From: an uncultured Anaerolineales bacterium
Lineage (GTDB): Bacteria > Chloroflexota > Anaerolineae > Anaerolineales > UBA11858
DNA: 64,000 nucleotides
Assembly (NCBI GenBank): GCA_964438295.1
Contig: CAYTKR010000006.1
Coordinates: 5,469-69,468, forward strand
Direction: 5' to 3'
The notes under the pieces are model-generated. The model saw nothing but the letters and a program-made list of their open reading frames with translations. It searched no databases and was not told the origin of the DNA. Of the stretch, positions 1 to 8,754 are shown one piece after another. Each line of letters begins with the position of its first letter. Position 1 is the stretch's first letter. The position numbers and the translations under genes were made by a program.

Positions 1-316
1 CCAGCCAGATATTTTCAATCTCTTCATGTAAAAAGGATGATAAGTTTTCCCAATCCATGCAAAATGATCTGATGCGATCCCAAGCTGCAGACCTCCAATT
101 CTGCTCGGCGTATTGAATGATATTCGCGCTAGAAAATCTTCCATAGCGTAAGGAAAGATCGATAGCATCTTTTTCGCCCATCAGGCGACATTCAAACAAC
201 ACATTGCTTGGTGGGGGCAATGTGCTCGCAAACTGCTCGATTTTTTGTGCTTTAGCTGGAGGAATCAATTCCAAGGGCAAATAGGGAGAAATATCTCTCA
301 ACACAGATGTACGCAT
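1..316 (-). CDS. Hypothetical protein, N-terminal 105 codons only (ORF runs past the left window edge)
   Basis: Hand translation of the minus strand. ATG at 316-314 has GGAG about 8 nt upstream. It reads MRTSVLRDISPYLPLELIPPAKAQKIEQFASTLPPPSNVLFECRLMGEKDAIDLSLRYGRFSS... with no stop before position 1. It is absent from the ORF track only because it has no stop in the window. It lies 30 nt downstream of the 347..1258 gene on the same strand. No family recognised. Confidence 0.5.
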   Translation of the reverse strand, partial: MRTSVLRDISPYLPLELIPPAKAQKIEQFASTLPPPSNVLFECRLMGEKDAIDLSLRYGRFSSANIIQYAEQNWRSAAWDRIRSFCMDWENLSSFLHEEIENIWL

Positions 317-346
317 TAACATCTCCAATAGTCACACCTGAATTTT

Positions 347-1258
347 CTACTCTGTCCAGGCAGAAAATTCAGTATTTGCAGCTTGCTGGATGAAATCTCC
401 GGGTATCGCAGATTGAATTTGATCAATATTAAAGTGAAATCCTCTTATGCGACCCAGGCGGACCAGACCCTGCCAGTTTCCAGGTTTAATGCGCATGATA
501 TCCTTTTGCAATTCAGTGTCGGTTCGAATCAGATCAATAAATGCCTCTGCTTGCGTCGATGTAGGATCTACGACAGGCGCATCTTCCCCGGTTTGGGGCG
601 ATCCTTCTGGTATTAGGTTTGGCGCACTGGCCTTTATGTGGGTCTCGGAGAAGTAAAAATTATTCTGTCTACCTAGGCGAACAACACGCTTCCACCTTCC
701 TGGAGCAATCGCTTCGACCCTTTTTCTTAGCGAGGGATTTTGATTGATTTGCTGAATAAAGGCCTGGGCTTGCGCCATTGTTGGCAGAGGGTCAGAGTTT
801 TGGGGGATTTCAGGAGCATTTGGATCAACTTCAGAGATCAGAGTTGGTGCGATAGCCTTGATTTGAGCAGCGCTAAATGTTAACCCTGCCAGCCTTCCAA
901 CCCGCACAACTCGCTTCCAATGTCCGGGACTGATTTTGCTGAGTTTTCGATTAATTTCCTCATCTGAATTTGCTAGAGTAACGAAATCTTGGGCGTGTTC
1001 GATGCTAGGGGAGACATAAGGCACTTTTTGCTTTGGGGGCGCATTGGGGTCTGCTTCGGGAATTAAATCAGAAGCTACAGATTTTATTTGATCGACTGTA
1101 AAATAGTATTCTGCCAGACGTCCAATTCGGACGACGCGTTGCCATCGCCCTGGCTTGATTCGGCCGATTTGTTTCGCAGTATTTTCATCACTCTCCGCAA
1201 ACTCAACGAAAGCATTCGCTTGTTCAACTGTGGGTTGAGGTCTAATTTCAGGGTCCAT
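347..1258 (-). CDS. Protein of four tandem ~75-aa Nif11-like modules joined by Pro-rich DPNAP linkers
   Basis: 303-aa ORF. Four internal repeats share the pattern A-x-AF(V/I)...(D/N)..L.K.I..I.PG.W.RVVR.GR...F.F...QIK...P.LI.E.DP. The helical N-part plus the W..VV..GR..GF.F block resembles the Nif11 domain. There is no signal peptide, no GG cleavage motif and no Cys-rich core. Confidence 0.7.
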   Translation of the reverse strand: MDPEIRPQPTVEQANAFVEFAESDENTAKQIGRIKPGRWQRVVRIGRLAEYYFTVDQIKSVASDLIPEADPNAPPKQKVPYVSPSIEHAQDFVTLANSDEEINRKLSKISPGHWKRVVRVGRLAGLTFSAAQIKAIAPTLISEVDPNAPEIPQNSDPLPTMAQAQAFIQQINQNPSLRKRVEAIAPGRWKRVVRLGRQNNFYFSETHIKASAPNLIPEGSPQTGEDAPVVDPTSTQAEAFIDLIRTDTELQKDIMRIKPGNWQGLVRLGRIRGFHFNIDQIQSAIPGDFIQQAANTEFSAWTE

Positions 1259-1306
1259 ATTTACTCCTATTTAAAATATTAGGTACATATTTCCACTTTT
1301 CACCAA

Positions 1307-4300
1307 TTACCCCCAATTACCGGGGTCCAAAACTTCTGCTACCCAACCAAACGCATCTCCCATGAATTCCTCTATTGCACTTGCGACATATCCAGCGGCA
1401 ACTAAGGCATCGTTGACTACATCATCCGCAAAGCCCCCGACATCTTTCAAGAAATAGCCAACTTCATCAACCGCAAATCCAGCATATTGCAGGGCATCCG
1501 CAAGGGCCTCTGCAGTCGTCGCACCGATATGTTGCAGGGCACCGCCAATTTCGTCGATATCCCAGCGATTGGCGTATTCCAGTGCATCTGCAATCACGTT
1601 GTAGGAAGCATCGTATACATCCTCGATACCATCGGCAATCTCATTTATCGTGTAGTTGCTGTAATCCAATGCTTCTGCAATTCCGGCTTCTGTTTTATCT
1701 TTTGCGATCTTTAATCCCTCGATGGTTTCTGAAGCCGTATAGCCAGCATATTCCATCGCCTCCCCTATCTCGGCACCTGTAGCATCAAAAGCAACATCAA
1801 GGCCTTCGGCAATTTCGCCTACAGCCTCCCACACTGCAGGACCAGCATTCTCCATGGCATCGGCAACTTCATCAATCGAGGCATTGAATACTTCACTTAA
1901 TGCGCTGGCCATTTCTTCCGCTGTGTAATCTGCCCAGTCCAGGGCCTCAGTTACTTGATCAATTGTAGCGTCAAATGCTATTTGGATGCCCTCTACGGCT
2001 TCTTCTGCCAAATACCCCGCTTGCTCAAGCGCTTCGCCCACAGTTGCCTTAGATGCATCAAAAGCATCTTTTAACCCTTCTGATACTTCTCCGATTGCAT
2101 CCCAGACAGCTGGGCCTGCGTTCTCCATGGCGTCGGCGACTTCATCAATCGAAGCGTTGAAGACCTCCTTGAGCCCATCAGCTAATTCTTCAGCAGTGTA
2201 ATCGGCCCAATCAAGTGCTTCGGTAACTTCATCGATCGTGGCGTCGAATGCACTTTTTACGCCTGCGACCGCTTCTTCGGCGGTGTAACCGGCAAATTCT
2301 AGTGCTTCACCTACCGAAGTCGATGAAGCGTTGAAGGCTTCTTCAAGGCCAGCAGCGATATCCTCAACGGCTTCCCAGGTAGCTGTTGTTGCATTGTGCA
2401 TTGCGCTGGCAACTTCATCAATCGAGGCATCGAAAGCTTCCTTTAAGCCCTCAGCTAATTCACCGGCACTGTAGGCTGCAAAATCTAATGCCTCGGTTAC
2501 TTCGTCGATGCCATGTCCAAATGTATCTTTGATTGCGTTCACAGCTTCTTCTGCAGCAAAACCTGCCGCGCCGAGAGCGTTGCCAACAGCCCAATCCACC
2601 GAACCAAAAGCAGTTTTTAGTCCATCTGCAACCTCTGTAGCTGCATATCCCGCGCCTTTCATGGCAATTGCTATGCCATCTGTAGTAACATCGAAGGCGG
2701 CATCTAGACCTTTTGCCACTTCATCAACAGCATACCCGGCACCTTTCAATGCAATCCCAACGCCCTCTTCAGTGTAATTCCAGCCCTCTACCAGCAGTTC
2801 GGCAGCCTCTTCAGCTCCGGTATCAAAGGCGTCTTTCATCGTTGTAGCAACATCCCCAGTGAATTCGAAGGCGCCTGCGGCCAGCTTCTCGGCCCAAATC
2901 CCAGCGGAGGAGAATAGCACACCAAAGATATCCGAAGCGGAATCTTTGATCTCGTTCAGGATGATATTGTGCAAATTTTCGAAATTATCCGGCTCGACAG
3001 TCAAATGCAAGGTGGGGAAATCCAACCCCACACCCCAAAATTCAAATCCCCCTAAAACGGCGAACGAGAAAATCGGATCCACGCCAGCGGAGATCGTTGT
3101 ATCCGCATTGAAACTGATATCGACTAGGCTGATCTTGTCGGCCACGGGAATTCCTGCAAGATAAATTGGCCCAACGTCGACATTCAAGTTGAAATCGATC
3201 GATCCTCCAGCGGTGAACTGACGATCGGCAAAGCCGCATTCCAACGCCAGAGTCAGGATATCGCCAATACTATCGGTCAAAGAGAAGAGGAACCCACCTG
3301 CATCCGCCTCGATCAGTAATTCGCGCTGCAAACCGAATAGCCTCACAGCGGCCGAAACATAAAGTTCGGGTTGGACCAGTGCCCCAAGCTGCAAGTGCAG
3401 GATGGGGAATTCATCCGTCCCGGAGCCAGTAATCGAAAAGAAACTGCCGATTTCGACTGCATCCATGGCAGCATCGATAATAAATGTATCTGTGGTGATC
3501 GCCAGGGAAACTTGTGCACCCCATCCCCAGGCCTCCAATCTACCCTCGAAGAAGGTGCCCTGTTTCTGGAAGCTGAGCTCTCCTATCTCGACTGGCACAG
3601 TGGGCACGATGTTCAGGAAAACGCCGTCCTCATCGATGCCGGTCAATTTGACGTCGATCACCTTATCGAAGGTATTGGTGATTTCATCTGGCAGTGCCTG
3701 ATAAGCGATCAGGGTTGGCGGCGTCATAGCAGTCATGATCTCGAGCAAGGTAATTTCATCAGTTTGTCCGATTAGGGCGAACTGACCCTCCTTGTTGGCA
3801 TATACGGTGATGCTTCCCGCGATAGTACCGATCTCTAGATTGCCGCTAAACCCAAGATCCTCGATCAAGGAGGTGTATGAAAGCCCAATTTGCGCAGCGA
3901 GCTGGTTGATGGTGATGCCGGGTATACCGAAAGGCTCTTCCCAGGCCAGGGTGTCAGCGCCAGTCTTGTTGAAAGTGTAGGCTCCACTTATAGCGTCAGG
4001 ATCGCCAGAAATACTGCCAGTGAAGAGTAATTCCTCCTCGCCTCCCCAATTCATATTTACGCGCATGTCATGACCGATCCCCAGGGATACATCTGCGCCC
4101 AGGATGGACAGTTCCACAGCTGGGTTCTCGAAGAGCAGCTCGAAACCAATCGCGTCCTCCAGGGGAATCAATGGCCAACTGAGAAAGGCAGTGCCCTCGA
4201 GCAGATACTGTAATCCAGCCGTTGCCTGCGATATCGAGGTATGGATATTGAGCTTGTCGATTCCGAAGGTGCTGCCGATGAAATCGATCAACGCGTCCCC

Positions 4301-5551
4301 ACTGTTCGCTACCAAGAAATTTCCAAAGAAATTTACTCCTGTATTTATTCCAGCTGGAAAATCGATATCATCTAATACATCGGCGTTGCTAAATACCACC
4401 GCAGGCTGCTGGAACTTGATCGCGCTCACCAGCGGAACTTCAACGGGGAAGATGCTGTCTACCCCCCAGGTTTCCTCAGTGCCCGTTGGCGCGAAGAATT
4501 TTGCCACCGCGGTGTAGGACTGATCATTTTTAAGGAAAAACTCGATCCTCGTATCGGTGATTTCCTGCCCAAAGAGCTCAACAGTTCCTACCAGGCGCAA
4601 GCCAACCCCCCCAGATACATTTTGAGAGGGCAATTCGAATTCTCCTTGCCCCAGGATTTGAAGCAAGGCACCCTTGATTGTGATCAAGGCCAGATCTTCC
4701 AAGCCATACATAGTATCGAAAAAGCTGAAATCTCCCAGCAGTCCTGCGGTCAATACGAGATCGCCACTGGGCGATCCCACCGCGCTATTGATCTCATTGA
4801 CCAGCGTTATTCCAAAGCTCTTTAGTGGTTCGGGGACAGTAGATAGGTCGATGGATAGCAGCCCGGGCTCTGAGACAGGTAAATCCCCATCTACGACCCA
4901 CTGGCCGCCGACCATCGTTCCATGGAGTGACTCATCAACAAAGTTTGCTGCCGTGGTTCCACTCCCATCGATCAATTGCCAGTTCGAGATCAGAGAGGGC
5001 TCGCTGCCAAGCATCCATTGGCCTTTATCGCCTTTGATGGCATCCTCAGTTCGGGCAATACTCCAGACTCTCACATCGAGAATGCTGCCATCGAAGAAAA
5101 TCCCGCGATTGTTGGTTCCAATGGATACAGGGGAAGGCTCAGGGTTCGAGAAAGGTGCCGCGACATGGGCAGTATATTTAGTATTATTAAGAATTGCTGT
5201 GAGCGTACCACTGTCGAAGCTCAGGCCAACAAAATGCCATTCCCCCACAGTCAGCTCTCCGTTCCCTACCGTATCGACTTGTTTGCCAGCCAAGGCGCGG
5301 GTCATCACTTGCAGATTGCCGCCTTGGGAGATGCCCAGTTCGAATACATCGGGAGTGCCATCTCCGGTGCGCGCGAAAAAGATATTGCTGACCCCATGCC
5401 GGCTGGCTGCTGCGCTCAAGCTGCTTGGCTTTAGCCAGGCAGAAATTGTGAAGGCGCTGCTGCCTTCCGCCAGTGTACCGCTAACATTTGTAACACCCAG
5501 AATGATGCTATCGCTTTGTCCGTCTAATACCAGTATTTTTGTTGAGCTCAT
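1307..5551 (-). CDS. Giant (1414 aa) LamG/concanavalin-A-like lectin domain protein with unassigned ~700-aa central region and C-terminal acidic tandem repeats
   Basis: ORF-track frame 1307..5623. Start moved to ATG 5551 (MSSTKILVLDG), which has GGGAG 7 nt upstream. The N-terminal ~220 aa match the Laminin_G_3 pattern (FTISAWLKP...WHFVGLSFDSGTLTAILNN...FFDGSILDVRVWSIARTEDAI). No signal peptide or TM helix is visible. Confidence 0.85.
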   Translation of the reverse strand: MSSTKILVLDGQSDSIILGVTNVSGTLAEGSSAFTISAWLKPSSLSAAASRHGVSNIFFARTGDGTPDVFELGISQGGNLQVMTRALAGKQVDTVGNGELTVGEWHFVGLSFDSGTLTAILNNTKYTAHVAAPFSNPEPSPVSIGTNNRGIFFDGSILDVRVWSIARTEDAIKGDKGQWMLGSEPSLISNWQLIDGSGTTAANFVDESLHGTMVGGQWVVDGDLPVSEPGLLSIDLSTVPEPLKSFGITLVNEINSAVGSPSGDLVLTAGLLGDFSFFDTMYGLEDLALITIKGALLQILGQGEFELPSQNVSGGVGLRLVGTVELFGQEITDTRIEFFLKNDQSYTAVAKFFAPTGTEETWGVDSIFPVEVPLVSAIKFQQPAVVFSNADVLDDIDFPAGINTGVNFFGNFLVANSGDALIDFIGSTFGIDKLNIHTSISQATAGLQYLLEGTAFLSWPLIPLEDAIGFELLFENPAVELSILGADVSLGIGHDMRVNMNWGGEEELLFTGSISGDPDAISGAYTFNKTGADTLAWEEPFGIPGITINQLAAQIGLSYTSLIEDLGFSGNLEIGTIAGSITVYANKEGQFALIGQTDEITLLEIMTAMTPPTLIAYQALPDEITNTFDKVIDVKLTGIDEDGVFLNIVPTVPVEIGELSFQKQGTFFEGRLEAWGWGAQVSLAITTDTFIIDAAMDAVEIGSFFSITGSGTDEFPILHLQLGALVQPELYVSAAVRLFGLQRELLIEADAGGFLFSLTDSIGDILTLALECGFADRQFTAGGSIDFNLNVDVGPIYLAGIPVADKISLVDISFNADTTISAGVDPIFSFAVLGGFEFWGVGLDFPTLHLTVEPDNFENLHNIILNEIKDSASDIFGVLFSSAGIWAEKLAAGAFEFTGDVATTMKDAFDTGAEEAAELLVEGWNYTEEGVGIALKGAGYAVDEVAKGLDAAFDVTTDGIAIAMKGAGYAATEVADGLKTAFGSVDWAVGNALGAAGFAAEEAVNAIKDTFGHGIDEVTEALDFAAYSAGELAEGLKEAFDASIDEVASAMHNATTATWEAVEDIAAGLEEAFNASSTSVGEALEFAGYTAEEAVAGVKSAFDATIDEVTEALDWADYTAEELADGLKEVFNASIDEVADAMENAGPAVWDAIGEVSEGLKDAFDASKATVGEALEQAGYLAEEAVEGIQIAFDATIDQVTEALDWADYTAEEMASALSEVFNASIDEVADAMENAGPAVWEAVGEIAEGLDVAFDATGAEIGEAMEYAGYTASETIEGLKIAKDKTEAGIAEALDYSNYTINEIADGIEDVYDASYNVIADALEYANRWDIDEIGGALQHIGATTAEALADALQYAGFAVDEVGYFLKDVGGFADDVVNDALVAAGYVASAIEEFMGDAFGWVAEVLDPGNWG
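1310..2863 (-). repeat. In-frame tandem repeat array: about 18 units of 29-33 aa, consensus x-(V/I)-x-EAL-(D/E)-x-AGYTAEEAV-x-GLK-x-AFDAS
   Basis: The last 518 aa of the giant protein show a GY/DY/VW position recurring every 29-32 residues. A 3-unit (~92 aa, ~276 nt) higher-order repeat occurs three times, roughly 1687..2509 (IDEVTEALDFAAYSAGE..., IDEVTEALDWADYTAEE..., IDQVTEALDWADYTAEE...). The DNA copies have diverged, e.g. ccatggcatcggcaacttcatcaatcgagg near 1852 vs ccatggcgtcggcgacttcatcaatcgaag near 2126. Confidence 0.8.
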
Positions 5552-5809
5552 CGCTTTTCTCCCAATTTGGAATTCGATACCAATATTATTTGCATTATAC
5601 ATAAATAAGACCAAATTTGTCAATATTACTAGGGAATTATCAATTTTTTGGCATAAATCCTACGAATTCCGTATTTTGGGTATGGGGGATATCCAACAAT
5701 ACACCCCAATTGGGATGAATAAGTGGCTCAACCCAAAAATGGGTTCTCTCAGGGTGTTACCCTGGAGCTTAGGGGATTTCTCATCAATAGTTAATCAAGA
5801 TTAGATATA

Positions 5810-6724
5810 GTGAGCGCATCTAAGAGCCTAGCAAATATGATCGATATACTCCTTGTAAACCCGGTATTTCTCAGTCAGAACGAAGCTGAACGCGAGTTGA
5901 TGAACCCCTATTTTCCTTTGGGTTTGCTCTACCTGGCGGCTTTTATCCGCGAGCGCGGCTTTAGTGTGGAGATCTTTGACGGCACTTTCCTTGAAGGCTT
6001 GAGCGATTTCGAAACAACGCTAGAGCAATTATCGCCCCGGATCGTTGGCATCACAGCAGTGAAACCCAATCGCGGGATTGCACTGGGTGTGGCAGAAAAA
6101 GCCCATGAATATGGGGCGCGCGTCGTTCTCGGCGGGCCTGACCCGACCTCCTCGCCGGAAACCTACCTGCTCTCATCTTATGTAGACATCGTCGTCCATC
6201 ATGAGGGCGAACTAACCTTGCTGGAACTCTTGCATTACATACAAGCGGATGAAGATTACAGCCGACTAGACGGTATCGCTTTTAGAGATGAAAACAGCGA
6301 TATTCAAATCAATCCTCGACGTGAATACATCCTCAACCTGGACGAACTGCCCCTACCGGCGCGCGATCTGATCGACATGGATCAATACCTGCAAACCTGG
6401 CGCGAGCATAATGGATATGCCTCACTGACTATATCCGTGGCACGAGGCTGCCCATTCGGCTGTGAATGGTGTCAGGATGCAGTCCACGGGCCTGATTTGC
6501 GCCAGCGATCGACTGAGAGCGTAGTTGCCGAAGTCAAGTCCCTAATGGAGACTTATGACATCGACCGTCTGCGAGTGATCGACGATGTCGACGGCCTTGA
6601 TAGAGATTGGATCGTGTCCTGGGCTAAAGCGGCTGAGGCGGAAGATGCCGTGCTGCCCTTCGAAGCGCTCAACGACCTCGAAAGGCAAGATATCCCCATG
6701 CTGGATGTGCGCGACAGTCTCTGA
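5810..6724 (+). CDS. B12-binding-domain radical SAM protein, apparently C-terminally truncated
   Basis: The N-terminal cobalamin-binding-like domain (ILLVNPVF...YFPLGLLYLAAFIRERGFSVEIFDG...GITAV) is followed by CxxxCxxC (SVARGCPFGCEWC). The ORF stops about 85 aa after the cluster motif, whereas family members normally continue for more than 200 aa. GTG start. Confidence 0.65.
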   Translation: MSASKSLANMIDILLVNPVFLSQNEAERELMNPYFPLGLLYLAAFIRERGFSVEIFDGTFLEGLSDFETTLEQLSPRIVGITAVKPNRGIALGVAEKAHEYGARVVLGGPDPTSSPETYLLSSYVDIVVHHEGELTLLELLHYIQADEDYSRLDGIAFRDENSDIQINPRREYILNLDELPLPARDLIDMDQYLQTWREHNGYASLTISVARGCPFGCEWCQDAVHGPDLRQRSTESVVAEVKSLMETYDIDRLRVIDDVDGLDRDWIVSWAKAAEAEDAVLPFEALNDLERQDIPMLDVRDSL

Positions 6725-6755
6725 AGGAAGCGCAATGTTTATTTTCCCACCGTGA

Positions 6756-7544
6756 GTGGGAACCTGCATGCACCGCCGAAAGATTAAATCGCCAAGATAT
6801 CTGAATCTGATGCCAACCCCAAACTTTTTCACCCAAGGCTCCCCCTACCTAAAGCACCCTCTGTTGACTCCTGAGCGTAAGGTCAAAGAGATCGATTTTG
6901 TCCTGCAACACGCCAAAGTAGAGCCGAGCGCAGCAATCCTAGATGTGGGTTGCGGGTTTGGGCGGCACAGCATTGAACTGGCCCGACGCGGCTATAAAGT
7001 AGTCGGGATCGATTCATCTGCAACCATGATCGCGGCAGCCGAGGAGCGTTCCGCAGGGATTTGGGGCCAACCCACATTCACCCAAGCGCGCGCTGAAGAG
7101 TTCACTTCTCAGGATCAATTTGATGCCGCCATCTGCCTGTTTTCAACCCTTGGGCAAATTGACTCTCAGGGCGAAAACAGCAACCTGGTAAAAAGAGTCG
7201 CGGAAGTATTGCGGCCAAAGGGGCACTTTATTGTCGAAGTGCCAAACCACCTGTGGGTAGCCGAAAACCTGAAAGCAGAAGAACGATTTGGAGATAATGA
7301 GAACTACACACACATCACCCGCCAGTATGATCAGAAAAACAAGATCGTCAGCGAGAAATTTGAGCTCGTCTCTCCGCAAGGAATACAAGAGTATTTTCTG
7401 CGCTATCGCCTTTACAGTCAGAAAGAACTAGGTGAACTGTTTAGCTTGGCCAATCTAAATATTAGATTCATCTTTGGGGATTATGATGGCAACCCGTATA
7501 CGTACTACAGCCCGGTCATTATCCTGGTTACACAAAGTTCCTAA
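6756..7544 (+). CDS. Class I SAM-dependent methyltransferase
   Basis: Motif I ILDVGCGFGRHSIELARRGYKVVGIDSS, with the post-I acidic residue and the typical fold length. Start uncertain (GTG 6756, ATG 6768 or ATG 6810). Confidence 0.8.
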   Translation: MGTCMHRRKIKSPRYLNLMPTPNFFTQGSPYLKHPLLTPERKVKEIDFVLQHAKVEPSAAILDVGCGFGRHSIELARRGYKVVGIDSSATMIAAAEERSAGIWGQPTFTQARAEEFTSQDQFDAAICLFSTLGQIDSQGENSNLVKRVAEVLRPKGHFIVEVPNHLWVAENLKAEERFGDNENYTHITRQYDQKNKIVSEKFELVSPQGIQEYFLRYRLYSQKELGELFSLANLNIRFIFGDYDGNPYTYYSPVIILVTQSS

Positions 7545-7574
7545 TTTCCCCCGTGTGAAAGTTTTTCAATTAAT

Positions 7575-7670
7575 CTGTCATTCTGAGCCCCGCAGGGGCG
7601 AAGAATCTCAGAAATCCTTGGGAAATCCTTCGCTTGCCTGCGGCGTGCCTTCGGCGGCTCAGAATAACAG
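7575..7670. repeat. Palindromic intergenic element, GTCATTCTGAGC subfamily
   Basis: ctgtcattctgagc (7575-7588) pairs 13/14 with gctcagaataacag (7657-7670). Inner arms ccgcagg/cctgcgg and gcgaag/cttcgc also pair. It starts 31 nt after the methyltransferase stop. Related copies lie at 58659..58731, 20261..20345 and 33843..33930. Confidence 0.7.
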
Positions 7671-7839
7671 TCATACTGAAAATACTTGCGCATGGAGTAA
7701 AGCAGATCTTGATGGGAACTGCATTCCAATCACATATATTTGTAAGAATCGAGCTGGCAATCTCATCAACCTCTTGGAGCGGTTTGCAGGTTGCGCCGGT
7801 AGACCGCGTCAATTTTGAATTCAACTTTAGAGGTAAATA

Positions 7840-8751
7840 ATGAAGAAAATATCCCTGCTTTCCATAATGCTTCTCTTCCTGCTTGCCGCGTGCTCAAGCG
7901 CGTCAAACGAATCAGCTGCTGAAAGTTCTGCAGACGTTCAACCCTTTGTCATCGGTGCCATCCCCGATCAGGACCCCGAGAAACTTCAACGACGCTTCGG
8001 CCTGTTGGCGGATTATCTGATGGAGGAGCTTGGTGTACCGGTGGAATACAAACCTGTAACAGATTATGCTGCCTCTGTTACTGCCTTTCGTGTTGGAGAC
8101 CTGGACATGGTCTGGTTTGGTGGCCTGACAGGTGTGCAGGCTCGTTTACAGGTGGAGAATGCACAAGCGCTGCTCCAGCGTGAGGGAGATGACCAGTTTC
8201 ACAGTGTGTTCATTGCCAATGTTGATAGTGGCATCCAGCCTTTTGATGAGATCGCTGGGTTGGAAGCGCTCAGCGGACATACATTTACATTTGGGAGCGA
8301 GTCATCCACATCAGGGCGTCTGATGCCTCAGTATTATCTGAGCCAGGGTGGAGTTTCACTGGATGATTTTAAGGGTGAAGCTGGCTTTTCTGGATCCCAT
8401 GACGTCACCATCGATCTGGTAGAAGCTGGTAGCTATGAAGTCGGCGCATTGAACGAGAAAGTTTGGCAATCCCGAGTTGAGGCTGGTGAAGTGGATTTAG
8501 AGAAGGTCCAACTCATCTGGCGCACGCCTGCATTTTATGATTACCATTGGGTTATTCGACCGGATATCACAGAACGCTATGGAGAGGATTTCATCGAGCG
8601 TGTAAAAGATGTCTTCCTCGCTTTGGATATCGCTGATCCTGACCACAAAGAGATCCTCGATCTCTTCAGTGCTGAACGGTTCATCGTTACCGAGAATGAC
8701 AACTATCTTCAAATCGAAATCGTCGCTCGCGAGATCGGCAAAATCCAATAG
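7840..8751 (+). CDS. phnD: Phosphate/phosphite/phosphonate-type ABC transporter substrate-binding lipoprotein (PhnD family)
   Basis: Lipoprotein signal LLFLLAACSS. PhnD-like blocks FVIGAIPDQDPEKL and TAFRVGDLDMVWFGGLTGVQA. Directly followed by phnC- and phnE-type genes. Confidence 0.7.
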   Translation: MKKISLLSIMLLFLLAACSSASNESAAESSADVQPFVIGAIPDQDPEKLQRRFGLLADYLMEELGVPVEYKPVTDYAASVTAFRVGDLDMVWFGGLTGVQARLQVENAQALLQREGDDQFHSVFIANVDSGIQPFDEIAGLEALSGHTFTFGSESSTSGRLMPQYYLSQGGVSLDDFKGEAGFSGSHDVTIDLVEAGSYEVGALNEKVWQSRVEAGEVDLEKVQLIWRTPAFYDYHWVIRPDITERYGEDFIERVKDVFLALDIADPDHKEILDLFSAERFIVTENDNYLQIEIVAREIGKIQ

Positions 8752-8754
8752 CAC

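Noticed and set aside
505-530. ggttcgaatc string resembling a tRNA T-arm
   Set aside because: It lies inside the Nif11x4 coding sequence. No acceptor stem, D-arm or anticodon arm can be built around it. I found no tRNA anywhere in the window by eye.
4674-5804. 376-aa plus-strand ORF, plus other 60-150-aa ORFs at 1487-5434, antisense to the giant LamG gene
   Set aside because: They lie entirely inside a strongly supported minus-strand CDS. The products are Ser/Pro/Thr-rich low-complexity sequence with no motifs and no RBS. Only the last 40 codons (5682-5804), which are intergenic, are kept as a speculative micro-ORF.
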